Source: Azolla caroliniana (taxonomy: Eukaryota; Plantae; Polypodiophyta). Taken from it: DNA of 64,000 bases. Positions 39,799 to 53,085 of this stretch are shown here, piece after piece. The DNA is taken from positions 2,294,001 through 2,358,000 of the forward strand of contig JBHGNT010000020.1 of the NCBI GenBank assembly GCA_043228905.1, in the 5' to 3' direction. The notes under the pieces are model-generated. The model worked only from the letters and a program-made list of their open reading frames with translations. It was not told where the DNA came from and searched no databases. Within the stretch, counting starts at the first letter, position 1, and each line of letters begins with the position of its first letter. The translations under genes and the position numbers were made by a program.

Positions 39799-42700
39799 AA
39801 CACCGGGTCATTTGAAACAGGTAATATGTCGCATTCTCTTTTTCATATCTTAGTGAGATGTTAAAAAATGCCTTATTTAAGCAGAATTTCAACAAGGCAC
39901 GACGCATGTGTATGTGGTTTATGAAAACATAGCGAAAAAAAGAACTAACTAATATCACATCAACAAAATCATCCGATGTATATTCTATCTACCATGTTTT
40001 TGTCCAAATCTTAGACAAGGGTGTATTTGTCAACACAAGTATAATAGTAACACGGGTCCTTGTGCATATTCTAAAAAGCATGCCCCATTGAATAAGTGAC
40101 TTCTTCTAATTATGTGTGTATATTTAAATATAATACATCTTAAAGCAAATTGTGAACCTTGCAATTAAGAGATACTACTATGTCAAGAGAAAATTTCCAT
40201 TGACACGTGATACATGACACTGTCAATGTATAAATAAACTAGTCTACAATAACATTCCAATCATACGAGTAAATGATAGAGTATAAACTTATCTCCGATA
40301 TACCCCAAATGATAAAGGAGAGTTTAGATAACATGTACACATACAAGTATACTTAATTTCTAAGTTCAATGATTGTTACACGAAAATTATAAGTAAGCTC
40401 AACTTATATATTACGTCAAAATTTAACAATTCATATTGTTCAAAATTTACAATAAGCCATAACCATTCAATCGAATAATAAGTCAGGTAAAGCCGTCTAC
40501 TCCGGATTAGCTCTTTCATCAGGATTTTCCTCATTGGCTTCGTCAGTACGCTAAGTTGAATTGTTAGTATGTTCAGACTCTGAAACGTCTTCTAATTCAA
40601 CAAGTTGCCCTGCGTCTTCATCTATAGTTCCACAAGTTTTCTAAAAGTCATCTGGAACATCTAAGTTTTATTGATATGCTTTGCCCCAACTTCTTGGTCT
40701 TGATCGGGACAACCCCAGATACCTTGGATCCTCATTTTGATGACATTAACTTGCTCAAGGTCCTTCTCTAATGCAACAGAGTTCCTGATAATCTTTAAGG
40801 CATATGTTTTAGTAGTACATGACAGTCGAATGAAATTGCACAGGTAACATCAAACTGAAGAATAGAATATAACGTTAATCTAAATTGATGTAAGTTTTAT
40901 ATTATATACCTGTGTCAGAAAACTAATCTAAAACCCAATGAAAATTTGAAACAATAAAATTTGAAAAAATAAAAAATCTTGGATTTTTAATTGGAATCCA
41001 ATGCGATGCACTAGATTTCAGTTGAAAATCCAAGTTTTTTTTTTGTAATTTTTAAAAAAAATTCCATTAAAAAATAAAAAATGGATTTTCAGCTAAAATA
41101 CTATGCACTACATTATATTTTAGTATATATAGCTAGAATCTAATGCAATGCGTTGGATTAGAGTCGAAAATCCATTTTTCTTTTTTCTTTTTCCAATGTT
41201 ATTTATTTATTTATTTTCCATATAAAAAAATAATAAACGGCTTTTCAACTGAAATCTGATACACTACATCAAATCGTAGTCTATACAGCTAGACATTGAT
41301 GCATTGCATCCGATTTTAGCTGGCAATCCTCTTTCTTTTCAATTGTTTTTCATTTTTTTTTTAAATAAATAAAAATATATTAAAAAAGTGGATTTCCAAC
41401 TGAAATCTAATGCACTACATCGAATTTCAATTAAAAATCCAAATTTCTTTTAGGTTTTTCATAAAACAATTAGATAATAAAAAAATATTACATTTTCAAC
41501 AAAATCTGAACCATTGAGTCAGATTTCAATTGCAAATTAATGTTTTATGAAAAAACATAAGAAAAATATTGGACTTTCATCGGATTTCTGTTGAAACTCA
41601 GTGATTTTGAACGGAAATCCGATGCAGTGCATCGGATTTCCATTGAAAATCCTGTTGAAAACACATCATTTTAAATTGAGAAAATCACAATTTGTTTATT
41701 TTTAACACTTTTTTAGAGAAAAATATAAACAAATAAGAAAATTTGTAAACAAACAAGAAAAAGTGGACTTTCAATGGAAATCCGATGCACTGCATCGGAT
41801 TTCCATTCAAAATCCATTTTTTTCAATTCCTATATATTTATTTATGATAAAAACAAAAACAATTCAAAACAAATACAGAAACAAATTCAAAATATCTGAA
41901 AAATTGGAAACAAATAAGACAAAATGGATTTTCAATAGAAATCCGATGTAGTGCATCGGATTTCTGTTGAAAACCCATTTTTTGCAATTTTTATTTATTT
42001 ATTTATGGGAAAAAATGAAAACAATTTTAAAAAATACAAAAAAAATATTTTAAAATATGAAAATTTGGTAACAAATAGCAAAAAGTGGACTTTCAATAGA
42101 TCGGATTTCCTTTGAAAATTCATTTTTTCAATTTCTATATAGTTATTTATGAGAAAATAGACAAACAAAATACCAAAAAAATTCTAAAAACTATGAAGAT
42201 TTGGAAAAAAAATAAGAAAAAGTGGATTTTCTATGGAAATCCAATGCAATGCATTGGATTTCCATTGAAAATCTATTTTTTTAATATTTATTTATTTTTT
42301 ATAGAAAAAATTCAAATTTTTTTAAAAAAAAAGCAAATTTGGAAAAAAATATGTAAAAGTGGACTTTCAACCAAAATCCGATGCAGTGCATCGGATTTCC
42401 GTTGAAAATCCATTTTTTCAATTTTTATTTATTTTTTTATGGGAAAAATAAAAACAAATTAAAAAACAAATAAAAAAATAAGAAAATTTTCAAAAAAATA
42501 AGAGAAATTGGATTTTCAATTGAATCCGATGCACGGAATTGGATTTCTATTGAAATCTAATTTTTCAATTTTTATTTATTTATTTACGAGTAAAATAAAA
42601 AATGTTTATTTATTTATTTATGGGAAAATGTTTTATTTTTTCAATTTGTATTTATTTATGTATTTTCGGGAAATCCATGCAATGTATCATATTTTAGTCT

Positions 42701-43640
42701 ATGTAGCTAGAATTCAATGCAATGCATTAAAATGCAAGAGTATTTTTTTAATGCAAATTTTTAATAAAATTCCAAGACTTACAAGAATCTGATGCATTAT
42801 ATCCAATTCTAGATGTATAGAGTAAAATTTGACATGTTGCGTCAAATCTAGATGGAATGAATCGGATTTCTGTACGACATCAAAGGCTTACTATGAGAAT
42901 CTAAGAAAAATGGAAAACATCTTTAAGACATTTTTTAGATTCTAATGATTTTGGTAGAAAGCTTCTCTCACATAATCTAATCTTGTAAATGGAAAGTACA
43001 TAATGAAATATCATAACCAAAAAGTGAGGAGGAAAGATGCATCAAGCATATCTACTCTTACATTGGATAATGTTTATATATTAGTGTATGACTTATCTTT
43101 GACCAAAACAAGTTATCTGTGACAGACCACAATGAAGATACTAAAAGAGGATCTGGAATGTGGCTTCAGACACAACACAAAGACAAACAAGAAGCATGAC
43201 TCATAAACTCGATGAGGTTGGATTGCAATTGGATCAACAAAATGCATTAGTTGCCATTGATGATGAGGATGAGACCTCATAAACTCGTACTAGTTCATCT
43301 AATGGGTATGAAGATGATGACGTAAACTTGAAAAATGATTGTCCTGATACGTTAACTATAAATATTGTATTGCACATCAAGATTTGGATTCAGAATTTCT
43401 ATAAATATTGGGGTTAGTCATTTTGGACATTCATTTGTAAGTTTGGCATGTCCATTATTTAGGCATTTTTTTGAACACCTAAATTTCCGTACATGTTAAA
43501 AATCAATATATTTTTGGGTCATTTTTAAAATTCCTTTATGCATGCGGCACCCCTTTTTGTGAATCACCCTAATTTGTGTCATTTTTTGATGGACAGTTCT
43601 CAAAATGCGACATATTACCTGTTTCAAATGTCCCGGTGTT
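39799..43640. mobile_element. TIR DNA-transposon derivative inserted in the LTR of H
   Basis: 37-bp inverted repeats 39799-39835 / 43604-43640 (1 mismatch), flanked by GGAA on both sides; degenerate acidic coding-like remnants at ~40450-40860 (-) and ~43100-43350 (+). Confidence 0.7.
40978..42870. repeat. Array of ~15-18 copies of a ~53-bp palindrome separated by A/T-rich spacers
   Basis: Consensus TGGATTTTCAAYNGAAATCCGATGCA-S-TGCATCGGATTTCNRTTGAAAATCCA; best copies at 41764-41816, 41925-41977, 42223-42275 and 42360-42412. Confidence 0.9.
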
Positions 43641-44660
43641 GGAATGTAAAGAAACACCCGATAATAGAATTCTATCTTCTCTGATTTTCTGTGTATAGCT
43701 ACGGCTAATTCAGTGTGGGTGTCTTGAATACTTAAGCGTTGTAGTACGTAAGTGTAACCCTTAATAGGGATTCGGTTGTAGCCGTCTTCCATTATACGCT
43801 GATAGGTTACAGGGGTTCTTCCCTTACGCATTACGCTTAAACACCTGTTCGTTGTTCCACACCCACTTTGAGGTGTAGGTCGAAGGACTGACCGCGGACC
43901 GTGTTCCTAAGCGGTAACACTTTTGGCACACTTGGTGATCTATGTTTCCTCACAGACGAGCAACAACGAATGGATGTTTAGCCGCAGACGACCCAGAGAA
44001 CCAACACGACAAGACCGGCCAATAACAAGGTACGTCACATGCCAGGCAAAAGAACGCGCACGGCGAAGGCCGCGCCTCAGCGACCTTAGTACTACCTGCC
44101 GTGAGTGCAAAGGGGATCCTTCGCTCCCCAAATACCTCGACAAGACGCGGGGACCACGCTCACCACAGCCACCCTGTGGTCTTTCCCGATCCGTCGTAGC
44201 TCCCACTATGGCCTTTGCCTACCCCCGCTTTAACGGCGAAACCGACGCCGCAACGCATATTCACATGTTACTGAATGTCTGGAATGGAAACCACATGGCG
44301 CAAAATCTCTCCGAGACGGTGGCACACCAGTCGAAAATGACGGAGTTCGGATTAACACTAGATAGGCATGCAACGTTTTGGCATTCACAGATGGATTTAC
44401 CAGCCATAACAACCTTTGATCAGCTGCAGTCCGCTTTCTTGCGATTCTTCCATCGGAGGGTTCCACAACGCGAGATTCTCGGGCAGTTTTATACAATTAA
44501 GAAACTATCGACCGAGACGATAGCGAACTTTAGCTTACGTTTCCAAAATTTACGACGGAAACTGGAACGAAGCCCCGCGGAGGAAGAGGCTCGGGAAACA
44601 TTTCTAGCAGCTTTATGCTGGCCCATCCAAGCAACGCTCAACAACAATATCGTGAAAGGG

Positions 44661-47600
44661 GAAACGGGGTCGAATCATCCCACGCAGAAGAAGAGAGGGC
44701 GGATGTTCATTCTCGATTCACACGAGATGAAATCCGCCATGTTCGCGAAAAGCACGAAAGCCGACTTCGACATAGAGCTATGGCATAAGCGAATCGGCAA
44801 CATCAATCTCAACAAACTCAAAGCAATGAAATCGAAAGGAGTCGTCATCGGAATCCCGACATTCAAAGAGAAGGAGATTGAAGGTGTATGCAAAGCGTGC
44901 CAATTCGGCAAGCAACACCGGCACCCATTTCTGAAGGAGCGGAATGTGAGCAAAGGCGTACTCGACGTAATTCATTCCGATGTATGGGGTCCGGCTCAAA
45001 CGGCGACATTCGGTGGATGCCGATATTACGTGCTCTTCATCGACGACTTTTCTAGGCACACTTGGATCTACCCGATGCGGCAAAACAGCGAAGTGTTTGG
45101 ACACTTCCAAAATTTCAAGAATGAAGTCGAGAAAGCCACGGCCCGACATGTACGATGCCTTCGATCGGATGGCGACAAGGAGTACTTCTCGGACGATTTC
45201 ACGACGTATCTCCGAAAGGAAGGAATTCGGTGAGAATTCACTTGCCGACACACTCCGCAACAAAACGGAGTAGCCGAGCGCAAAAATCGGCACATCCTCG
45301 AAGTAGCGTGGGCCATGATGAACGAGAAGCATATGCCCAAGTCATATTGGGCCGAAGCGGCAAATACGGCCGTCTACCTAATGAACCGGTACACAACATC
45401 CGGCGTGCACGAGGTCACTCCGCACGAAAGATTCTTCGGAAAGAAGCCGAACCTATCACCTGTTCGGATATTCGGCTCCATTGCGTACGTCCACATCCCC
45501 GATGAGAAGCGTCAAAAGCTCGACCCGAAGTCGGAGAAATGTATCCTCGTAGGATACTCACTGGAGCAAAAGGGGTACAAGTGCTACAACCCTTCAACTC
45601 GAAAATCTCGAGTAAGTGGAGACGTCGTCTTTGACGAGTCTGCATCCTAGTACGCACCAGAGACAACTCCGACTCCGACTCCGCTCGACCCGGAATCTGC
45701 CGACCGAGAGATCGAGGATGAAGATCGCCCTACGCGCATGATTGAAGAAAGTCCGATCATGACCCGATTGAGCGGACCACAAAAGCCTTTGAGCGATCAA
45801 AGCACATCACGGCCTAGCCCTAAGATGGACAAAGGCAAGGAGAAAATGGCGGAATATGAAGACGATCGCTTCGACAACGATGAATCGACTCACTCACTCG
45901 ACAGTGAGTTCGGCAGTTTCGAGGTACCAATCGGAGCCAAGAAAGCCCTCATTTCTGCAAATGAAAAGCTCCGCCGATCCAATCGTGAAAAGAACCCCGT
46001 AAGCCGATTCGGATACAACGATTATATGGCGTACCATTACACCTTTATGATGAAGGTAGCGACAGTACGGGAGCTGGAAACCTTTTCGGAAGCCGCGAAG
46101 GACCGGCAATGGATCGAAGCAATTAACGAGGAGATGCAGGCACTACAGAAGAACGAGACGTGAAATCTCGTTCCCACCTCACCACACAAAAAGGCGATCG
46201 GATGCAGATGGATCTACAAGGTGAAGTACAACGCCGATTGCTCCGTAAACTGCTACAAAGCTCGACTCGTAGCGAAAGGATACGCTAAGATGCATGGCGT
46301 CGACTACGAAGAGACCTTTGCCCCGGTCGCAAAGATGACGATGGTGCGGACCGTAATTGCGATTGTCGCGGCAAAAGGGTGGCACCTCCATCAAATGGAT
46401 GTCAAGAACGCCTTTCTACAAGGCGAATTAGAAGAGGAGGTGTACATGATCCAACCACCCGGCTTCAACTCGAGCACCCATCGGAAAGCTGTTTGCCGAC
46501 TCAAGAAGCCACTCTACGGCCTCAAGCAAGCACCGTGTGCTTGGCATTCGAAGATAACGCAATATCTTCATCAAATCGGCTTCCGTATGTCAAAATCGGA
46601 TAACTCCCTCTACATACGAAGCGATTCCGCAAGTCCGATCATCATCATTTTATATGTGGATGACCTAGTCATTGGAGGTGAGCATCTCGTCGAAATCAAT
46701 AAAGTCAAATCCCTCCTTTCTAACAAGTTCGAGATGACGGACATGAAGGAGCTCCACTACTTCCTCGGCATCGAGGTAATTCGGACTCTGGCCGGAATCA
46801 TGATCTCTCAACGGCGCTACATTCTCAACTTGTTATACAAGTTTGGGATGGCTGAGTGCAAATCCGTGGCAACCCCGCTCGATCGTAATCTCAAACTAGA
46901 TGCAAACTACGGCACCAAAGCGTGTGAGCCAATTCAGTATCGGCAACTCATCGGGAGTCTCATCTACCTCATGAATCACACGACCCAATCTCAGTTATCC
47001 GGTAGGTCTCCTTACCCAATTCATGCAAACACCGCATGATACTCACTTGGATTGCGCTAAGCGAGTTCTACGCTACGTCAGTGGCACAATGGATTGCGGC
47101 ATCCTCTACAAGACCGCGATGCCAATACGACTCGAGGGGTACACAGATGCCGATTGGGCCGGCTACAAAGCTGATAGAAGATCAACCTCCGCATTTGTTT
47201 TCTCCCTCGGCAGCGAAGCAATATCCTGGAGTAGCAAGAAGCAGCCTAGAGTCGCTCTTTCGAGTACGGAGGCGGAATACAGGGGCGCAACCCTAGCTGC
47301 GTGTGAAGCCGTATGGCTCAAGAGGATTTTGAAGGATCTAGGCGTACCCATCAAGGATCCGACTTCCCTTTAATGCGACAACATGAGCAGTATCTATCTG
47401 GCTCGGAACCCGGTGTTCCACGCGCGGACAAAGCACATCGAAGTGCACTATCACTTCATCCGAGAGCACGTTCTGGCTGGCGATGTTGACCTACAGCACA
47501 TTAGCACCAATCTTCAAACGGCCGACATCTTCACTAAAGCCTTAGGAACCGACAAGCTATGGCAATTCATGACCGATCTCGGATTGACGATCCCTGACCT

Positions 47601-49706
47601 GCCAAACTTGAGGGGGAGTACTGAAGACACTACGCAATAACGCGTGGATTCCGCAACCACGCAACGAAGTAGCGAAGAGCCGATCTACCGCGCAAAGTTG
47701 CGAAGAAAGACGCAAGCCGAAGCACAGACCTTGCAACTACGCACGCAAGCCGAAGCACAGACTTTGCACAACACAAGCTGGAGCACGAACTCCGCAACTC
47801 CGCATAAAGCGAGCCAACGCGAGTCGACGCGGACTCCGCAAAGCGAGTTGAAGCGGATTTCGGATACCGTATGAAATCGACCTGACTTGAGCTTGAGGGG
47901 GCGTGTTGAGAATCAAGCTCAACTTGGTCTAGTGTGTGAACTCACCTTGAGAGTGAAGAGACACTCCAACGGTCAAGAGTCACCATTATGTCACCACTTT
48001 GTATTCTAGCATTTAGTATGAGTCATAGAATCATATTCTATGACACATAACTTATGAGCTTTCACATTCCCCATGCTCCATGAGGCTTGTAGTTAATGAA
48101 GAGAGAGGGTGACTACATAAAGCACCCTCCTCCCACCTTGTATAATGTTGAGTTTTTCTCCTTTGTTAATATACTTTTACCTTGCGTATTCTCTGTGTTT
48201 CTCTCTCTCTCTTACACACACACACAACTCACATCTCTTCTGCTTCACAAGAATCCATCTCTTGATTCTTTACAGGTCTGCCCAGAAGCACTGGGTACGC
48301 TCCTGGGGCGTCCAAAGCGAGGACGACCGCAGAGATGTCGAAGCGGTGTCCGCCCACGATGATGCCTATTTTGCGAATTAACCCCAACGGTCGCACTAAG
48401 CGGGTATCTGCCATGCGAAGCCAGAATGGACACACCTCCCATTCGGAAATGCCCAACTGCTCGCAAGTTTTCGCGCTAATTACATTGACGCCTGAGCCAC
48501 CGTCTATTACGCATCCCGGAACTTCCTGTTCGTGCAATATTACTGTAATAACCGGGTTGTGCTGATCCACCATCGGTGGTCCATCGCTGACGTCTATTAG
48601 GTTTGTGGCGACGCTTGCCCCGGGTATGCCCGCCACCTGTGCTTCCATGGTCTGGCGGAAACGTGGAACTAGCTGTAGCAGTTTTTCCATGGTTAACGTT
48701 ATTTCACAGCCTGCTAACACTTGCCAAATGGGGTTTGGACCCGGTCTTTCGTTCTCTGTACTCTCCATTGTGTTTGTGGACTCCTGCCACATACGTTCCG
48801 TATTTGTCACGTTTTCTTTTTCCACCCACGCTTGGGCTTGTCGGCGTACCTCATCTTGCGCAGCCCAATCCGCCATTTTTGTTTGTTGGCGTGCCGTGAC
48901 TTGTTGCACCTCCGTCGTAATCGTATTGACAGCGGGCCCCTTTCCCTTACGTGTTGGGCATTGCGTGGCATAATGTCCGGGTTGCTGACAAATAAAACAA
49001 TGGATGCTTGATTCTCCCTTCTCGGCTCCAGGTGGTGTGTGCCGCTCTCCGGGTACTACTTGCTCTTCGCGGTCCGGCCTCGTTTGTCGGAACATACGCG
49101 GTGGTTGTTGTTGGTCCCGTCGTTGTTCCTGGTGCCGCTCATCCCCGAGCCTCCGTTGTAACGCCGGTGATCCCTATACTACCGTGGTTTACCCCGATAG
49201 CCATTGAAGCCGCCCCGTTTGTTTGTCGGCCGTTGATTCTCGTAGCGCCGACCCTCTTTGGCGTAACTCGGATGTCCACGATAATCCTCGTCCTCTGGTT
49301 CGTCCTCCTCGGAATCTTTGTGATTCCGGCGATTCCGGTTGTACCGATCCTCCCACGGGTTGCGATCCTTATACCGGGGTTGGTCTTCTTGCCTCCTTTG
49401 TTCAGCCCAGTGCGGTTGACGCTGTGTGTCCATGCTGTGGACTGCGGGAGTGCCTCTGTTTAACATATTGTACTCGCATTGGTCGACTGTGTGAGCCTTT
49501 GAGTGGCAGATTGGGCAGTGGTTTCGCATATTGCAGCCCACTGCGGAATGCCCCGAATTCAAGCAAATCGTGCACTGGATTGCTTGACGAAATTGGCGTT
49601 CCTCATCCTGAGGTAACGCCTGTCGTAAGGAGGACATAGAAAACCTTTCCTCCTCGTCATCCACCTCGAGTTGTAACGCTCGTTCAATTACCATATCCGC
49701 CGTTTC
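44661..49706. other. 5-kb inversion bounded by inverted 7-bp microhomology
   Basis: GAAACGG at 44661-44667 and CCGTTTC at 49700-49706. Re-inverting restores gypsy gag IVKGETADMVIERAL and copia GCFIE..GRII..GRMFILDS, and makes the I LTRs and TSD direct. Confidence 0.9.
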
Positions 49707-50039
49707 GATGAAGCACCCTTCTTGGTCGAATCGTACTTGCATCCCTTGCTCAACCATTTGGCCGACCGAGACCAAATTCTTTGTGATGGTGGGTACATGC
49801 AAGACATTTTTAATGTATGTTTGCTTACACCTTTCGCCGAACGGAACATTGCCGATGTACCGAATCGGGTGCGTAGTGTCATCTCCGGTTTCGACATAAC
49901 CGGGTCGCTCCGGCTCTCGAAGTTCGAGAAACCATTCTTTGTGGGATGTCATATGTTTTGAGGCTCCGGAGTCAACAAACCATACGTCCTCCGGATTGAG
50001 GGCACTAGTTGAGGTAGAGGCCGACATAGACTTTGCTAT

Positions 50040-50165
50040 ATGTTTCATCATGAACATTCCCCCACGGTCGGAGTTGTATGCGTACATTCCACCACGATCC
50101 TCGTACTCGGAGTTGTGCCCGTACATTCAGCTATACTCTTCATAGTCGGAATTGTGCACGTAATT
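50040..50165 (-). repeat. ~27-33-bp coding tandem repeats in copia I gag (HNSDYEE / HNSEYEDRGGMY / YNSDRGGMF)
   Basis: Repeated cggaRttgtRYRCGTAcatt units. Confidence 0.6.
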
Positions 50166-51141
50166 CGTGAGTTGTCGGCTTGTGGAAGCTGATTCACGCA
50201 TCTTCTTGTGGCACTCTTCTTCGTGGTGGCCGAGCTTTCCGCAATATCTGCATTCGGTTGCGTTTTGACGGCTCGGGCCGGAGTGGAAGCTCCCCCTTCT
50301 TGCGAAGGTTCCTCATTGGCCTCCGTTTTGCGACCGAAATTGGGAGTTGTTGTCGTAGGTCGGACCTCGTCCCCCTTGTCCTTGGCCGAATCGGCCTCTC
50401 ACTCGTCCGCGTCCTCTTCCTCCATTAGAGTGCGTGTAGAGTATGTGGCCTTCCAACTCATTGCTCCTTGTACGCACGTGGTTTTCTTTGACCAATAGCA
50501 TTGATTGGAGCTCGAAGAAGGAGGGAGATTTCTCCCGTGCTAGAACGGCGGTTCGCATCGCGCCGAACCGTGGTGCGAGGCCGCCGAGGCATATTTGCAC
50601 CATTTCATCATCATCTATAGTTACGCTTATTGAGCCGAGCGAGTCGCAAAGCTCCTTGATCTTCAAGGTGTATGTCGTGATGGACATATCCCTTTGTTGA
50701 ATGTTGTTCAACTCTTGGCGGAGTTGAAGCTTCCTCGCGGTCGTGTTGGCGGTGAAAATCTTTCGTAGGTTTTCCCACGCTTCCTTCGGCGTCTTGGCTT
50801 CTCGAATGTAACCAAGCATGTGGTCGTGAACACATGTCACCAAACAATACATCACGCGGCTTGCGGCTTGGTCCCATGTCGTGTATCCGGGAGCCGCTTC
50901 GGCGGGTCGGTCTTCATACGCTCCTTTGATGTAGCTCCAATAGCCTTGTCCGACAAGGTATTGGTGCATCTTGTACTCCCAAGATGCGAAGTTGTTTCGA
51001 TCCAACTTCTCGGTAGGGAGAGCGCTCCCCATTTGAGTATTCATTATGTCGATTTTTAATTTGACCGTGAAGTCGAAACAAGGAGTGCGGAGGTAGGCAA
51101 TTGGTGGGTGAAATATGTAAGATGTAGAGTTATAGAGAAAA

Positions 51142-51245
51142 GGTTTAGGGTTTAGGAATTAGGGTTTGAGTTTTGGTTTAGGTTTAGGGTTAGGGTTAGG
51201 GTTTAAGAATTAGGGTTTAGTGTTTGTTTTGGGCTTAGGTTTTAG
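51142..51245 (+). repeat. Degenerate telomeric repeats (TTTAGGG/TTAGGG)
   Basis: ggtttagggtttagg...tttagggttagggttagggttt. Confidence 0.85.
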
Positions 51246-51544
51246 AGGGTAGAAGGGTTTACGATTAAGTGCAAGAGGGGATAAAGTGAAAAGAAACACC
51301 AAGAATAATTTGAGCACACCCAAATCATTTGACAAACTTGGTGTAAGTGAGGCATAATAAGAGATAGAGGAAGGGGAGGGGGAGAGAGAGAGAGAGAGAG
51401 AGACGAGGGATTAATCACTAACATTAAAATTAGAAACAAGGTAAAACATAACCATAAGCTAAATAGTCTAGATTAGAGAGAGGGAGAGATTAAGAAGGAG
51501 ACTAATTTTCATTAAGAAAAAGGAAAAATTACAATACGATGGGT

Positions 51545-51605
51545 AATGGTCATGAGCAAACTAGTTTCACCCCCTACGGGGCTCATCAGTGCTACCATGA
51601 CCATT
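51545..51605 (-). ncRNA. Minimal type I hammerhead ribozyme
   Basis: Minus strand reads AAUGGUCAUG-GU-AGCA CUGAUGA GCCCC GUAG GGGGU GAAAC UA GUU^UGCU-CAUGACCAUU: intact core, 14-bp bulged stem I, 5-bp stem II, palindromic ACUAGU stem III. Predicted cut between 51559 and 51558. Confidence 0.85.
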
Positions 51606-51905
51606 CGGGGTGGATAGGTTTATATAGGGAGTTTTCGGAGTGGCTTTAGAGAAATGACAATAGGGAGTGGGGTTGTTGTGCTTATGGATGTGATTGAAAG
51701 GGGTGGAAAGATTTGGAGAAGAAGGAAGAGGATTTTATGGGCTTTAATGTGATAAGGGGAAGGCTTTGGTATGAGGTTATATTGTGAAAGGAGGGATAAG
51801 AAGAAAAGGGAGAGTTTAGGATATAAAATGTAAAAAGTGAGGAAATATAAGGGGCATTAAGAGAGAGGGGGAAACAAGGCTTACGTGAGATGATGAGAAG
51901 GGAAG

Positions 51906-51938
<33 letters not shown>

Positions 51939-52714
51939 GGAATGAGTAGACATAAGGGGAGTGAGTAGATCTAGGAGGAGAGAGAGTGGGAAAACGTGAA
52001 AAAATTAAGAGAGAGCAAAAGGGGAGAGAGAGGAGAGAGATGTGTGTGTAAACTAGAAAAAGTAAGAGAGAGAAAGGAAAGAGGAGAGAGGTAAGGGAGA
52101 GAGACATGTGTGGGAAAAATAAAGGGGAAGGCTATAGATTTAGGAAGAGGATGGGAGGGGTAGGGTAAGAAAAAGTAGAACATGGGTGAGGGTAGAAATA
52201 TAAAAATAGAAAGGTGGAGAAAGAGTAAAAAGAAAACGAAGGGACTTACAAAGAGGAGGCTAAGGGTTTAGAAAAAAGGAAGAGGAGGGGTAAGGTAAGC
52301 AAAAAAAAGGCGAGAGATCAATGAGGGTAGAAGACTATAAAAGGAATATGAAAATGAAAGGGTATATTGTGATAAGAGAAACGTAGAGAGAGAGAGAGAG
52401 AGAGAGAGAAGAGGATAAAAAGTAAGAAAGCTAAAGGAAAAGAGAGAGAGGTAGGAGTTAGAGAAGAGAGAAAGGGTATATCGACCCACACTCCTCACAA
52501 AGCCGTAAGGCAAACCCTAAATAAAAAGCTACTAAAAAGAAAGGTTAAAGGGAGGGGTAATGTTTAAAATATATAGAAATCGAGGAGAGGGGCAACGGGT
52601 GAATATAATCTAAAGATTAGGTTTAATAAAAGTGTAGGAGAGAGGTATAAATGAAACTAGGAGGAAATAGGGGTATGAGTGAAACTAGGAGGTAGGGGTA
52701 TGGAAAAAATAGTA

Positions 52715-53085
52715 AACGGGGAGGGGTATCCAATATTTTGATGAGAGGAAGGGTAGGAAAAATGTCAAAGTAATAAAGGGAGGGGTATAATGAAATTGAG
52801 AAAAGTAGGTGGAGGGGTAGAATGAATTTTAGGAGAAAGGAAGGGGGAGGGGTATCCAATATTTTGAGGAGAGGAAGGGTAGGAATTAAAAATGTAAAAG
52901 TAATAGAGGGAGGGGTATAATGAAATTGAGAAAAGTAGATGGAGGGGTAGAATAAATTTTAGGAGAAAAGAAGGGGAGGGGTATCCAAAATATTGAGGAG
53001 AGGAAGGGTAGGAATTAAAAATGTCAAAATAATAGAGGGAGGAGTATAATGAAATTGAGAAAAGTAGATGGAGGGGTAGAGTGTG
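52715..53085 (+). repeat. Three ~126-129-bp purine-rich subrepeats
   Basis: GGGGAGGGGTATCCAA..TTGA.GAGAGGAAGGGTAGG recurs with TATCC at 52727, 52853 and 52982. Confidence 0.85.

Noticed and set aside
40978-42870. CRISPR-like repeat-spacer array
   Set aside because: Eukaryotic TE context, no cas genes, repeats too long and degenerate, and spacers are low-complexity and mutually related.
43923-45233. Novel gag-integrase gene (and the 49179-50126 fusion)
   Set aside because: Explained as inversion-junction products; the integrase is cut by a stop at 45233.
51142-51245. True chromosome end or telomere-healing site
   Set aside because: The tracts are short and degenerate, are duplicated with their unique flank as part of the insert's terminal repeat, and the copia sequence continues on both sides.
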